From NCBI GenBank assembly GCA_964566925.1, contig CAZMIZ010000004.1:35951-99950 (forward strand): a stretch of DNA of 64,000 nucleotides, in the 5' to 3' direction. Every line of letters begins with the position of its first letter. Position 1 is the stretch's first letter. Position numbers and translations under genes: made by a program. The notes beneath the pieces are model-generated. The model saw only the letters and a program-made list of their open reading frames with translations, did not search any database and was not told where the DNA came from. The DNA is from an uncultured Gammaproteobacteria bacterium (GTDB lineage Bacteria; Patescibacteriota; Microgenomatia; PFEM01; DATLAM01). Below, in pieces: positions 20,021 to 28,684 of this stretch.

Positions 20021-21967
20021 TTAATCTACTTTATAGACGGTCACTTTTTCATTAGTAAAAACGATTGAAAGGGGCAATTTGGTCGGCGAAAGATCCGTTT
20101 CGTCAGTAGTTAAAAGGTAGAGGTAGGCAATGTTATTCTGCTTTAAAAAAGCTCGCTGAAATTCTAAATCATCGGTAATAAAGAAATCTTTTGAAAGGTC
20201 AATCCGGTGTTGATAATCTTCACCGGTAATGGCCGCTGGGATAACATCCGAAAAATAACTTCTCTTCCCTGAAAGAGCGCTGACATACATCCAAGCCAAA
20301 TTGTTCTTATTAGGATAAAGAAGGACCACCGCTTCATCATCAGGTTCTTTTCCCAAAAGAGATAAAGCTTCTAACTCTTCATAAGGAATGGCGGTTGGCG
20401 CTACCGGCGAAGTAAAGAAACCAACCAACATTTTTAGACTCGAAGGGACAGCCAATAAAAAGATTAAAAGAAGAAGAGTTAATTTTTGCCAGCTAGTTCT
20501 CTTTTGGATAAGCTTCATTATCGCCATAGTCGTAAAGAAATTCATTATGATTAAGAAATAAAAAGCAAACTGGATGGTATTGGCCACACTGCCCTTTTGA
20601 ATAAAAAACAGAGGAAAAAGAAAAGAAATGAAAGCGGCCACCAGAAGAAACAATTGGCTCAAGCTAATTTTAAAACCCTTAGAAATCACCAAAAGAAGCC
20701 CACCAAACCCCAAGATTCTAACCCCTAAATTGCCGGTGAGGAAAATCAGGAATTCCATGACTCTCAACCTGAGCAGACCAAGCGAGTCGCCAAGCGTGAT
20801 GTAAGTATTCTCCCGTAAAACCCAGTCGGGCAGGTTAAGACGATCAGCGTTTTCCATCATCGCTCTTAAAAACCAGCCGGGAGCAAAAATAAAGAAATTT
20901 TCGGTGGGACGGTAGTTCGGCAGAAAAACAATCAGGGCAACTGCCAAGGAAGCAATAAATAGCCATAAAACCTTAATCCTTTTATAAAAGATTATCTCAA
21001 CCAAACTAACGGTCAAGAGGGTCCCTAAAGCGATTACTCCTCCATAAGATTTAAATCCAATCAGCATGCCGAGAGTTAAACTGGCTAGCACCAAAACAGA
21101 GAGACTTTTTTCTTTTAAGTATTTCAAAAAAAGAAAAAAGCCAACTAAAAAGATTGGGAGGGAAAGAGCAAATTGAGGATTATAAAGAGCGGCATGGGTT
21201 TGGTTGATCCAAAAAGAAAAATCGCTCCAGGGAGTTCCCGATCCCCTTAAAAGAGGCAAAAAATAACCAAAGTTGCCACAAAAATAAGTGAGGAAAACCA
21301 CCAGATTAGCGGCCACCTCACTTTTTAAGAAAGAACGGGCCGCGATAAAGGCAGCCAATCCCAGAAGCAAAGAGATTAAAATCGGGAAAAAGCGAAAGTA
21401 TAAATCTAATCCAGATAGTTTCGTTAAATTAGAAAAGCCGGCCACTAGCAAATCATAAAAAAAATGATAGTTAGTTAATCTCTCGCTAGCAAAGCCAGGG
21501 TGTTCAGGCGGAAAATGACTTTTTAGCTCATTAATCAAAGCCAAGTGCCAAAAAGCGTCGTGAATCTCCCCTTTAAAAGCAAGACCCTTATCGTTTTCTA
21601 AACCGCTAAAAAAAACGATTGATCCTTGAACAACGATCCCTAAAACCACCAGCAAAATCAGAAAACGATGAGGCGGTTTTAAGCTCATTTTAAAAGATGG
21701 AAAAACCTTTTTTCTCCTCTCCCAGAAGTTTAAAAGGGCAATCAAGCTTAAACCGGAAACCAGCCAGCCTGTCAGATAACGAAGATTTAAAAAACCTAAA
21801 AGATAATTCAGACTCGTAAATAAAAGCAAGCCGCTAATTAAGGAAATCGTTATTGCCTCTAGTCGAGAAAGTTTAAGACGGAGACAGTAAAGAACTAACC
21901 AACCAGGCAAATAAAAAAAGAAAACAACCCCGAGCCCAAAAATTAAAAGGTCAACAAGAAAGCTCAT
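20021..21967 (-). CDS. Multi-TM membrane protein, probable GT-C glycosyltransferase
   Basis: HDAFWHLALINEL..FPPEHP..NYHFF loop; more than 12 hydrophobic segments; soluble C-terminal tail. Confidence 0.6.
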   Translation of the reverse strand: MSFLVDLLIFGLGVVFFFYLPGWLVLYCLRLKLSRLEAITISLISGLLLFTSLNYLLGFLNLRYLTGWLVSGLSLIALLNFWERRKKVFPSFKMSLKPPHRFLILLVVLGIVVQGSIVFFSGLENDKGLAFKGEIHDAFWHLALINELKSHFPPEHPGFASERLTNYHFFYDLLVAGFSNLTKLSGLDLYFRFFPILISLLLGLAAFIAARSFLKSEVAANLVVFLTYFCGNFGYFLPLLRGSGTPWSDFSFWINQTHAALYNPQFALSLPIFLVGFFLFLKYLKEKSLSVLVLASLTLGMLIGFKSYGGVIALGTLLTVSLVEIIFYKRIKVLWLFIASLAVALIVFLPNYRPTENFFIFAPGWFLRAMMENADRLNLPDWVLRENTYITLGDSLGLLRLRVMEFLIFLTGNLGVRILGFGGLLLVISKGFKISLSQLFLLVAAFISFLFPLFFIQKGSVANTIQFAFYFLIIMNFFTTMAIMKLIQKRTSWQKLTLLLLIFLLAVPSSLKMLVGFFTSPVAPTAIPYEELEALSLLGKEPDDEAVVLLYPNKNNLAWMYVSALSGKRSYFSDVIPAAITGEDYQHRIDLSKDFFITDDLEFQRAFLKQNNIAYLYLLTTDETDLSPTKLPLSIVFTNEKVTVYKVD

Positions 21968-22872
21968 AACCGGTAGCTGCCCTTACCCAATTTTCTTAGG
22001 TAGAAATCTTTGATGCCCACTTTTTGCCATTCTCGGCCAAACAAAAGCAACCTGAGACTCTCTCGAATCAAAGCCAGCTTAGCCCTGACTGGCGCGTAAC
22101 GCAAACCAAAAAGCATCCGGTTTCGAGCCAAATAATAATCATGAAGCGGGCTCCCGACCCGGCTGGAACCAGCATTGGCATGCCAAAGTTTTGCCTGGGG
22201 GACATAAACTAATTTAAAACCCGCCTTCTTAGCCCGTTGGCAAAAATCATTATCTTCAAGATAGAGGAAATATCTCTTATCCAGTAAACCAATCTTTTCT
22301 AAAACCTCTCGCTTGATCAACATGGCGCAACCAGAAATAAAGTCAGTCTCTTCCATTTCATCATATTGGCCACGATCGACTTCATCCACTCCCCGATGAG
22401 AAGCTAAAATGTTTGGCCAATCAATAATGCCTCCGGCGTACCAAATGACTTTTCCTTTTTCTTTTTTCTGATAACGGCCTGAATGATATTCACACCCAGG
22501 GGCAAAATAAATCTTTGGGCCTAAAATCCCAAAACTCTCATCTGATTCTCCCACTTTAACTAATTGAAGAAGCATTTGAGAATCAACAACAGTATCATTG
22601 TTTAAAAGAAGAAGATAATCGGCTCCTTGCTTAAGGGCATAGCGGATACCCACGTTATTACCTTCAGCATAACCCAGGTTTTCTTTCTTCTTGATAAAAA
22701 CTTCATTAAAAAACTCTTTCTTCAGCTCATCAATTGGTTCTAGAGACCCGCTTTCGACGACCACCGCCTTAACGGAAAAATTACTGGTTTTAATTTTATT
22801 CAAAGATAAAAGACACTGACGGGTAAATTTTTTACCTTTATAATGAAGAATAATCACAAAAACTTTCTTCAT
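21964..22872 (-). CDS. GT2 glycosyltransferase (GT_2_like_c, rhamnosyltransferase-like)
   Basis: NLGYAEGNNVG, LLNNDT, SGCAML and YLEDNDFC motifs. Confidence 0.9.
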   Translation of the reverse strand: MKKVFVIILHYKGKKFTRQCLLSLNKIKTSNFSVKAVVVESGSLEPIDELKKEFFNEVFIKKKENLGYAEGNNVGIRYALKQGADYLLLLNNDTVVDSQMLLQLVKVGESDESFGILGPKIYFAPGCEYHSGRYQKKEKGKVIWYAGGIIDWPNILASHRGVDEVDRGQYDEMEETDFISGCAMLIKREVLEKIGLLDKRYFLYLEDNDFCQRAKKAGFKLVYVPQAKLWHANAGSSRVGSPLHDYYLARNRMLFGLRYAPVRAKLALIRESLRLLLFGREWQKVGIKDFYLRKLGKGSYRL

Positions 22873-22879
22873 AAGGAGT

Positions 22880-23554
22880 TTATTTAAGTAAGATTTTAAT
22901 TCGGGCCGAATCCAAAATTGCCTCGTAGCCCATGGTCGATTTCATCATCACCCGATAGAGCTTTCTCCCTGAGGCAAGGTTAATCTCGCCTGATTCGGCT
23001 CGGTAGCCATTCAGACTCTCGGCATAGACTTCACTATTCCAAACGTCATGTTTATCGGTAACATTGTAAAGTTTGGCGTAGACCAGACCATTGGCGGTGG
23101 GAATCCGCATTGAGGCTTCAAAAATAATCGATTTAACGTTAGGATAATTGGCCATGTCAATCACCCCTTCTACTCCAATCAATTCGGCGTAGTCTCGGCT
23201 GTTAGTTGAACCTGATCCTAAGGGAATGTAAAATTCTTTGACCGTTGGCTCGACCGGAGCAGGAAGAGAAATCGGGGTGGGCTGAGCCAATCCAGAAAGA
23301 GTTGCCCTGGCAATTTCTTCTAAACAAGCTGGCGGACATGTCCCGGTTTCATCAATGTCTTCAAAAGAAGGGATGGTCGTTGTTTGGCTTTTATCGGCAA
23401 CCGGAGTCGCCACCTCTTCTTCGTTGGTGAAAACTTTAAGATCTAAAATTAGGAGGTTAATCAAAAAAAAGGAAACAAAAATAAGAAGAGCCGCTTTTCC
23501 CCAAGCTAAACGAGTCCAGATGGGTTCATCATTCAAAGCTACCTCCCCAACCAA
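22880..23554 (-). CDS. Hypothetical N-terminally anchored extracytoplasmic protein with a Thr/Pro linker
   Basis: One TM segment, T/P-rich linker with CPPAC, beta-rich C-terminal domain; start uncertain. Confidence 0.65.
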   Translation of the reverse strand: MVGEVALNDEPIWTRLAWGKAALLIFVSFFLINLLILDLKVFTNEEEVATPVADKSQTTTIPSFEDIDETGTCPPACLEEIARATLSGLAQPTPISLPAPVEPTVKEFYIPLGSGSTNSRDYAELIGVEGVIDMANYPNVKSIIFEASMRIPTANGLVYAKLYNVTDKHDVWNSEVYAESLNGYRAESGEINLASGRKLYRVMMKSTMGYEAILDSARIKILLK

Positions 23555-24474
23555 CGCCTAAATTTTAAGAAAAACTTTTTGATAGGACTACCCTCTTTGT
23601 GGATTCGACTAGTCAAAAACCAATATTCCAAATCTTTTTTGGCTTTAACCATTTCTCTTTCTACTTTTTCTAAAAACCTTTCCTCCTTGACTTCTTTAAA
23701 TCCCTGGGCTTCCCAGATTTTGGCAAAGGTGACAAAAGAAGAAAAGGCCTGGAGAAGGCTTAAGACCAAGCCGTGAAGCCCATCTCGATAACCTTTTTCT
23801 TTAAAAAATCTTTTATAAAACTCCTCCAGTGGAAAGGAGATCGAATCTTGCCACTTAATTTTTTTATCTCCGCTCAAAAAAACGTTTTTGTCGTTCTCGG
23901 TATAAAGCCGATTCAATCTCTCAACGAATTGGGAAATTGTCTGGTAATTATAATGAATTAAAGGATTTTTTAAGCGTCCTGCTTTTCCAGAGAGCTTCGG
24001 TTGCTCATGGACGCTCTGGCAAGGAAGGTGGGCTTTATCTTTTTTGAAAAGACGGAGCTGATAGTCAGGATACCACCCCGTATGTTTAATCCACTTACCA
24101 AAAATAATGTTTTTCCTGGGAATCCAAAAACCATTAAATCCTCTCTTTTTTATGGCTGAAAGAATTTCCTTTTTCAACTTTCCGTCCACCCGCTCATCAG
24201 CATCGAGATATAAAATCCAATCACCGGTAGCCGCTTCAAAGGCTTTCTGTTTATTGATATGAAACATTAAAGGGTTTTCTCTGACAATGATTTTAGTCTT
24301 TAATCTTTTTCGGCCAGAGGCCGATCGTCCTATGGACGAAGCGATCTCAACCGTTTTATCAGTGCTCGTCCCGTCCACGATGACCATCTCATCCGCCCAT
24401 TTCACAGACTCAAGACAATCTTTAATGTTTTTTTCTTCATTAAAAGTGGCCAAACAAACTGAGATTTTTTTCAT
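23539..24474 (-). CDS. GT2 glycosyltransferase (beta-1,4-glucosyltransferase-like)
   Basis: TFNEEKNI, LDADER, WYPDYQLRLF and GYRDGLHG motifs. Confidence 0.9.
   Translation of the reverse strand: MKKISVCLATFNEEKNIKDCLESVKWADEMVIVDGTSTDKTVEIASSIGRSASGRKRLKTKIIVRENPLMFHINKQKAFEAATGDWILYLDADERVDGKLKKEILSAIKKRGFNGFWIPRKNIIFGKWIKHTGWYPDYQLRLFKKDKAHLPCQSVHEQPKLSGKAGRLKNPLIHYNYQTISQFVERLNRLYTENDKNVFLSGDKKIKWQDSISFPLEEFYKRFFKEKGYRDGLHGLVLSLLQAFSSFVTFAKIWEAQGFKEVKEERFLEKVEREMVKAKKDLEYWFLTSRIHKEGSPIKKFFLKFRRWLGR
24310..24339. repeat. 30-bp double-hairpin element inserted in-frame in a GT2 gene
   Basis: tcggcc-aga-ggccga followed by tcgtcc-tat-ggacga; encodes SSIGRSASGR, absent from the paralog at 4643-5515. 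Confidence 0.85.
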
Positions 24475-25922
24475 CTGGTTGTCCCTAAAACTAAATTAAC
24501 GGCTTCAAAAATTTTCTCCTTAGCCAGAAAAAGCATGATGCCTAAATAAATTATAACACCCAAGATAATCATTAAAGCGATTCCTATTAAATTTTTCACT
24601 ACTAAAGGAACCGCTAAATAAAGAACCAATCCCATTAACAAGGCTCCTAAAAAGGGTTTGCCTACGTTCTCCCAAAGATTGATATCAACAATCTTTTTCA
24701 CTAACCAGATCGGCAGAACCACGCTGGTGGCCACTAAGACCGCGGCCGGCGCCACTCCATTGTATCCCCAAAGATAAATAAAGACTGGGGTGAAAATCCA
24801 AGTGAGGGCCGTCCAGAAAATCATTAGCTTAAGAGTGGTCTTAATTCTCCCGGTGGCGTTAAGAGTATTAGTTAAAGTGGTGGAAACACAAGCAAAAGCA
24901 GCCTGAACACAGAAAAAGTAAAGGGCTAAAAGGGCTGGCTGCCACTTTAGATAGCGGGGCAAGAATTCAACTAAGGGTGAGGCTAAAAGAGCTAGGCCGA
25001 CCAGGGCCGGAAAAGTTAAAAAGCAAACGGCGAACAAAGCCTTTTCTATCCCAGCTCGTAAAGCCTGAAGATGGTCTTGTAAGCGAGAATAAGCCGGAAA
25101 GGTAACTTTAATAACGCTGTCCATAATAAAACGAAGGGGCGTGTTGGCCCATTTTTGAGCCCAACCAATGAAACCCACCTGGGCAAAAGGTAAAACTTTA
25201 CCTAAAAAAACAGTTAAAAGGTCGTCTTTTAATAAAGCCAAAAGACTATTGGCCTGAAAAGGCACCCCAAAAGAAAGTAACTTTTTAGCGCTGGCCTTAT
25301 TCAGAGCCAAGCCAGGGAGCCAAGGAGAAATCAAGTAAATAAGAATCAGACCGGAAATTCCTCGGACCAAAACCGCCCAAGTAAAGCTGGCCACTCCCGC
25401 CCCTTTCCAGGCAAGAAAAACGGCTACCAAGTTAAATAAAATCGTTTCCCCGATTTGAGGAATCACTAAACGATTAAAGTCAAGCTTCCTCTCTAAGAGG
25501 ACCGAGGGGATCGTTTTCAGAGAAGAAAGGAAAAAGGAGATCACTAAAGCCCGGAAAAGCCAGAGTCCAGCCGAGCTTAAATTATAAAATTTGGCAACCT
25601 GGGTGGAGCCTAAAAAGGCCAAGATTACCAAAAAAATCACTAAGGCTTGCTGGATCGTAAAAGTGGTCTTCAGATCGGCGTCGGTTAGTTTCTCTTTTTT
25701 CTGAATTAAAGCCGCCGCCAAACCGATATCCGAAAAATAGTTTAAGAAATTGACCACGGCCGTGACGACAAAAAAGATGCCAAATGCTTCTGGGGCTAAG
25801 AAGATAGTTAACAGAAACATGGCCACAAAGTTAACAATCTGGAGGAAAAAGGTTCGGGAAGTTAAGGCGACAACGCCGGTAATCGAGCGTTTTTTGATCG
25901 TTGCCAAGTCAAGCTCATCCAT
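24471..25922 (-). CDS. wzx: Wzx(C)-like polysaccharide flippase
   Basis: LAPEAFG..FSDIGLAAALIQ, LERKLDF, LLSFG and VTFPAYSRLQ motifs; multi-TM. Confidence 0.85.
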   Translation of the reverse strand: MDELDLATIKKRSITGVVALTSRTFFLQIVNFVAMFLLTIFLAPEAFGIFFVVTAVVNFLNYFSDIGLAAALIQKKEKLTDADLKTTFTIQQALVIFLVILAFLGSTQVAKFYNLSSAGLWLFRALVISFFLSSLKTIPSVLLERKLDFNRLVIPQIGETILFNLVAVFLAWKGAGVASFTWAVLVRGISGLILIYLISPWLPGLALNKASAKKLLSFGVPFQANSLLALLKDDLLTVFLGKVLPFAQVGFIGWAQKWANTPLRFIMDSVIKVTFPAYSRLQDHLQALRAGIEKALFAVCFLTFPALVGLALLASPLVEFLPRYLKWQPALLALYFFCVQAAFACVSTTLTNTLNATGRIKTTLKLMIFWTALTWIFTPVFIYLWGYNGVAPAAVLVATSVVLPIWLVKKIVDINLWENVGKPFLGALLMGLVLYLAVPLVVKNLIGIALMIILGVIIYLGIMLFLAKEKIFEAVNLVLGTTR

Positions 25923-26047
25923 ACAATCATTTTAACACAAAATCTCATTCTCATCCCGACGCAATAGGACAATTTTCGAACCGTGAAGTGGATATAAATT
26001 ATTGAATGAATATCCTGAAGCAATAATGGGGTCGTTTCAATAATTGT

Positions 26048-26548
26048 TTAATTTGTAACCCTTCTAAAATACTCACTATACAAGGGTTCCAAGCCGTGTT
26101 TCTCAAACAACCTCTGGGCAACTTTGTTAAAGGTGTAGATCCTTGTTTTTATGACTTCTATTCCGTTCTTTTTTGCAATATTGATAGCCTTTTCGATTAA
26201 CTGACTAGCTATTCCCTGCCTTTGATGTTCTTCTTTTACTGCCAAATCATCTAAATAATAAGCCTTTTTATTTTTGAAAAAATTTTCTAATTCAACTTCA
26301 TCTACTTTTAAAATTCCTACAATCTCTCCATCTTTTTCTGCTACTAATACAAATTCACCTTTTCTTTTTAGTGCCTTTTCAAAATATTTAGAAAGACTAA
26401 TATTTGCCAAAACATCTGCTTCTATAAACTCGTCTTCGTTCTTTGCATGACTTAACCACATTGGTCGAAGGAAAAATTCTAGAGCATTCAAGTCCCCTTT
26501 TTGGAGATACCTCACAGTAACTTTTTCATTAAACGCTTTTTTGACCAT
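26048..26548 (-). CDS. GNAT N-acetyltransferase
   Basis: LAVKEEHQRQGIAS (motif A) and NKVAQRLFEKHG. Confidence 0.9.
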   Translation of the reverse strand: MVKKAFNEKVTVRYLQKGDLNALEFFLRPMWLSHAKNEDEFIEADVLANISLSKYFEKALKRKGEFVLVAEKDGEIVGILKVDEVELENFFKNKKAYYLDDLAVKEEHQRQGIASQLIEKAINIAKKNGIEVIKTRIYTFNKVAQRLFEKHGLEPLYSEYFRRVTN

Positions 26549-26661
26549 CTTATAAAGTATACCAAAATTCGATTCCTAACTGAAACTTTTAATTTAACAG
26601 GGTTCTCACCCCTAGGGCCTTTTTGGTTTATGATAAAATCTTTTTAGAGAAAGAGGATCTA

Positions 26662-27054
26662 GTGGGAGAAAAAAACGAAAGACAGTTGACTAAACTCGGA
26701 CTTTTAATCAAAGGTATTTTAAACCTTCTTCTTTTCGGCTTATTCTTGCTTTTTATTCCTGTTAAATACTTTTCTTGGTTAGGCTTAACAGATTTCCCAC
26801 CTTTATTCCTAAAACTAGTTGGCATTTCCGCCTCTTTCTTGGGAACCATCTACATCAAAGCCGCTCTCCAGCCAAAAAGATTTAAAATTATTGCCAGAAT
26901 TACCTATCTTGATGCCTTAATTTACCCAATCGTGATTTTGCTTTTAGGCATTTTTCTAAAGCTTCCCTGGTCGATTTGGCTTAGCGCCTTATTGGTAGGA
27001 ATAGCCGCCATCCTCCTGATCATCGGCAAAGGACACAAACATCTTTTTAAATAA
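26662..27054 (+). CDS. Small 4-TM membrane protein
   Basis: Four hydrophobic segments; GTG 26662 follows GAGGA (ORF track starts at 26623). Confidence 0.6.
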   Translation: MGEKNERQLTKLGLLIKGILNLLLFGLFLLFIPVKYFSWLGLTDFPPLFLKLVGISASFLGTIYIKAALQPKRFKIIARITYLDALIYPIVILLLGIFLKLPWSIWLSALLVGIAAILLIIGKGHKHLFK

Positions 27055-27055
27055 G

Positions 27056-28684
27056 CTAGTTCAAGTCTTGTCCCGCAGATAAAGGAAGAAAAAAGCCGAA
27101 TTTTTGGATTTCTTCAATCTGTTCGGGTTGAAGGTTGTCTAGCTTGTCTCTTCTCATTAACAAAGGCGAGGGATCATTCCCCTGGCGTAACTGGATGTAA
27201 TCAGCCACCACCGGATCAAAAACGCTTTTGGCGGCCTCGCCAACACTAGAGTATTCATAATAAACAAAAACAGGAGGGTTTCCCTCTAGGTCGTTTTTAA
27301 TTTCGTTTTTTAATCCTTCATTCCAGAAAATCCATTCATAGTAATAAAGAAAGCGATTTTGAGGACTAAGACCGCTAACAAAATACAAAAGCTGTTCAAC
27401 GGGAATCACCATTAGCTTATCATTGCTAGAAGCAAGGTTTCTAATCGCCTGGCCGGTTCCCTCTAAATAAGAAAAGTTCACCCAAAAATCGCGATAATAA
27501 TCCGGTTGGCGAAAATATTCTCTAAAGAAAAACTGGCCGGTAAAGGCAAAAATTAAAATCATCAGAATTAAACCGGCGAAGGTTAGAGTTCTTTTTTTAA
27601 CCGACTGCCAATTCAGCAAGAAAACCCTTTTAATTTGAAGAATAGTCAGGATGATTATCGCGGCCCACCAGGGGAAGCCATGAAAGCCTTCATACAAAAC
27701 CGCTTGAGGATAGACCAAGCGCAAACTGGTGGTCCCGAGCAGAAAAAAACTAAAAACCAGGAATAATTTCTTTTTCTTTTCTTTAAAAAGTAAATACACA
27801 AAGCTGAGAAGGTAAAAACCACACCAGATTTTGGCAAAAAGGCCAAAATCTCCCTTGACAGGCTCAATCAGGGCGATAACCGGCTTTAAAAAAGAATAGG
27901 CCAAAAGACGAGATGCCCCTTGATTGGCGGTATCTTCAAGATAATGGCTGGTGAGTGCCGCCTTAGTATTAAGAAAATATTCTTGATAGCTAACAAGAGG
28001 AGAAAAGAGAAGGAAAAGGAAACCAAAAAAAAGAATTAGGGGGAGGACGATTTTCTTATGAAATTTCTCCCTGACAAGAAGATAGAAAATCAGGATCGCG
28101 GAAAAAGGGATCAGAATAATCAACTGGAAAGGAATTAAAACCAAACTAAAGAGAAAGAGGTATCGCCCCCAGCTATTAATCGGCCCCTTGGCTAACTCTT
28201 TTTTCCAAAGATAGGCAAGAACAAAGGCAAGAGGGTAAATTACCAGCGACTCGCCCAAAAAAAGATCGCCCAACAAAAGCCTTTTTATCAGCTCTATCAC
28301 CAGAGAAAAAGTGAGACCAGCGGCGCCGAAAAAATAAAGAAACCCCAGCCACCAGAGAACCGAATAAAAGAAAACCGCCTCCCGGTGTCTTTTAATAAGG
28401 AGAAACAAAGAATTAGGCTTTAAGGTCTTATTAATTAAGGCGCTGAAAGCCGCGGGCATCGGCTGTTTGTGGGAAAAAATATCAGCGTAAAGTTTCTGGC
28501 CTTGGGCCAGATAATGGCCAGCCATCAAATTTTCGTCTTCGTCAACAAAATGAGTGTTAAACATATGAGACTGAAGCGTCCGGAAAGCAAAAAAGACCAA
28601 ACCAAAAAAAATGATAACCAAGAATATTTTTTTTAATAAAGAAAGATCAGCTGAAGATTTTTTTAGCACCCAACCCCCCTCCAA
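27056..28684 (-). CDS. GT-C-like membrane protein
   Basis: HFVDEDEN..G.KLYADIFSHKQP loop after TM1; multi-TM; start uncertain. Confidence 0.65.
   Translation of the reverse strand: MEGGWVLKKSSADLSLLKKIFLVIIFFGLVFFAFRTLQSHMFNTHFVDEDENLMAGHYLAQGQKLYADIFSHKQPMPAAFSALINKTLKPNSLFLLIKRHREAVFFYSVLWWLGFLYFFGAAGLTFSLVIELIKRLLLGDLFLGESLVIYPLAFVLAYLWKKELAKGPINSWGRYLFLFSLVLIPFQLIILIPFSAILIFYLLVREKFHKKIVLPLILFFGFLFLLFSPLVSYQEYFLNTKAALTSHYLEDTANQGASRLLAYSFLKPVIALIEPVKGDFGLFAKIWCGFYLLSFVYLLFKEKKKKLFLVFSFFLLGTTSLRLVYPQAVLYEGFHGFPWWAAIIILTILQIKRVFLLNWQSVKKRTLTFAGLILMILIFAFTGQFFFREYFRQPDYYRDFWVNFSYLEGTGQAIRNLASSNDKLMVIPVEQLLYFVSGLSPQNRFLYYYEWIFWNEGLKNEIKNDLEGNPPVFVYYEYSSVGEAAKSVFDPVVADYIQLRQGNDPSPLLMRRDKLDNLQPEQIEEIQKFGFFLPLSAGQDLN

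Noticed and set aside
25990-26600. Integron cassette reading of the GNAT gene (GTTRRRY-like words upstream)
   Set aside because: No convincing RYYYAAC..GTTRRRY attC pairing and no integrase.
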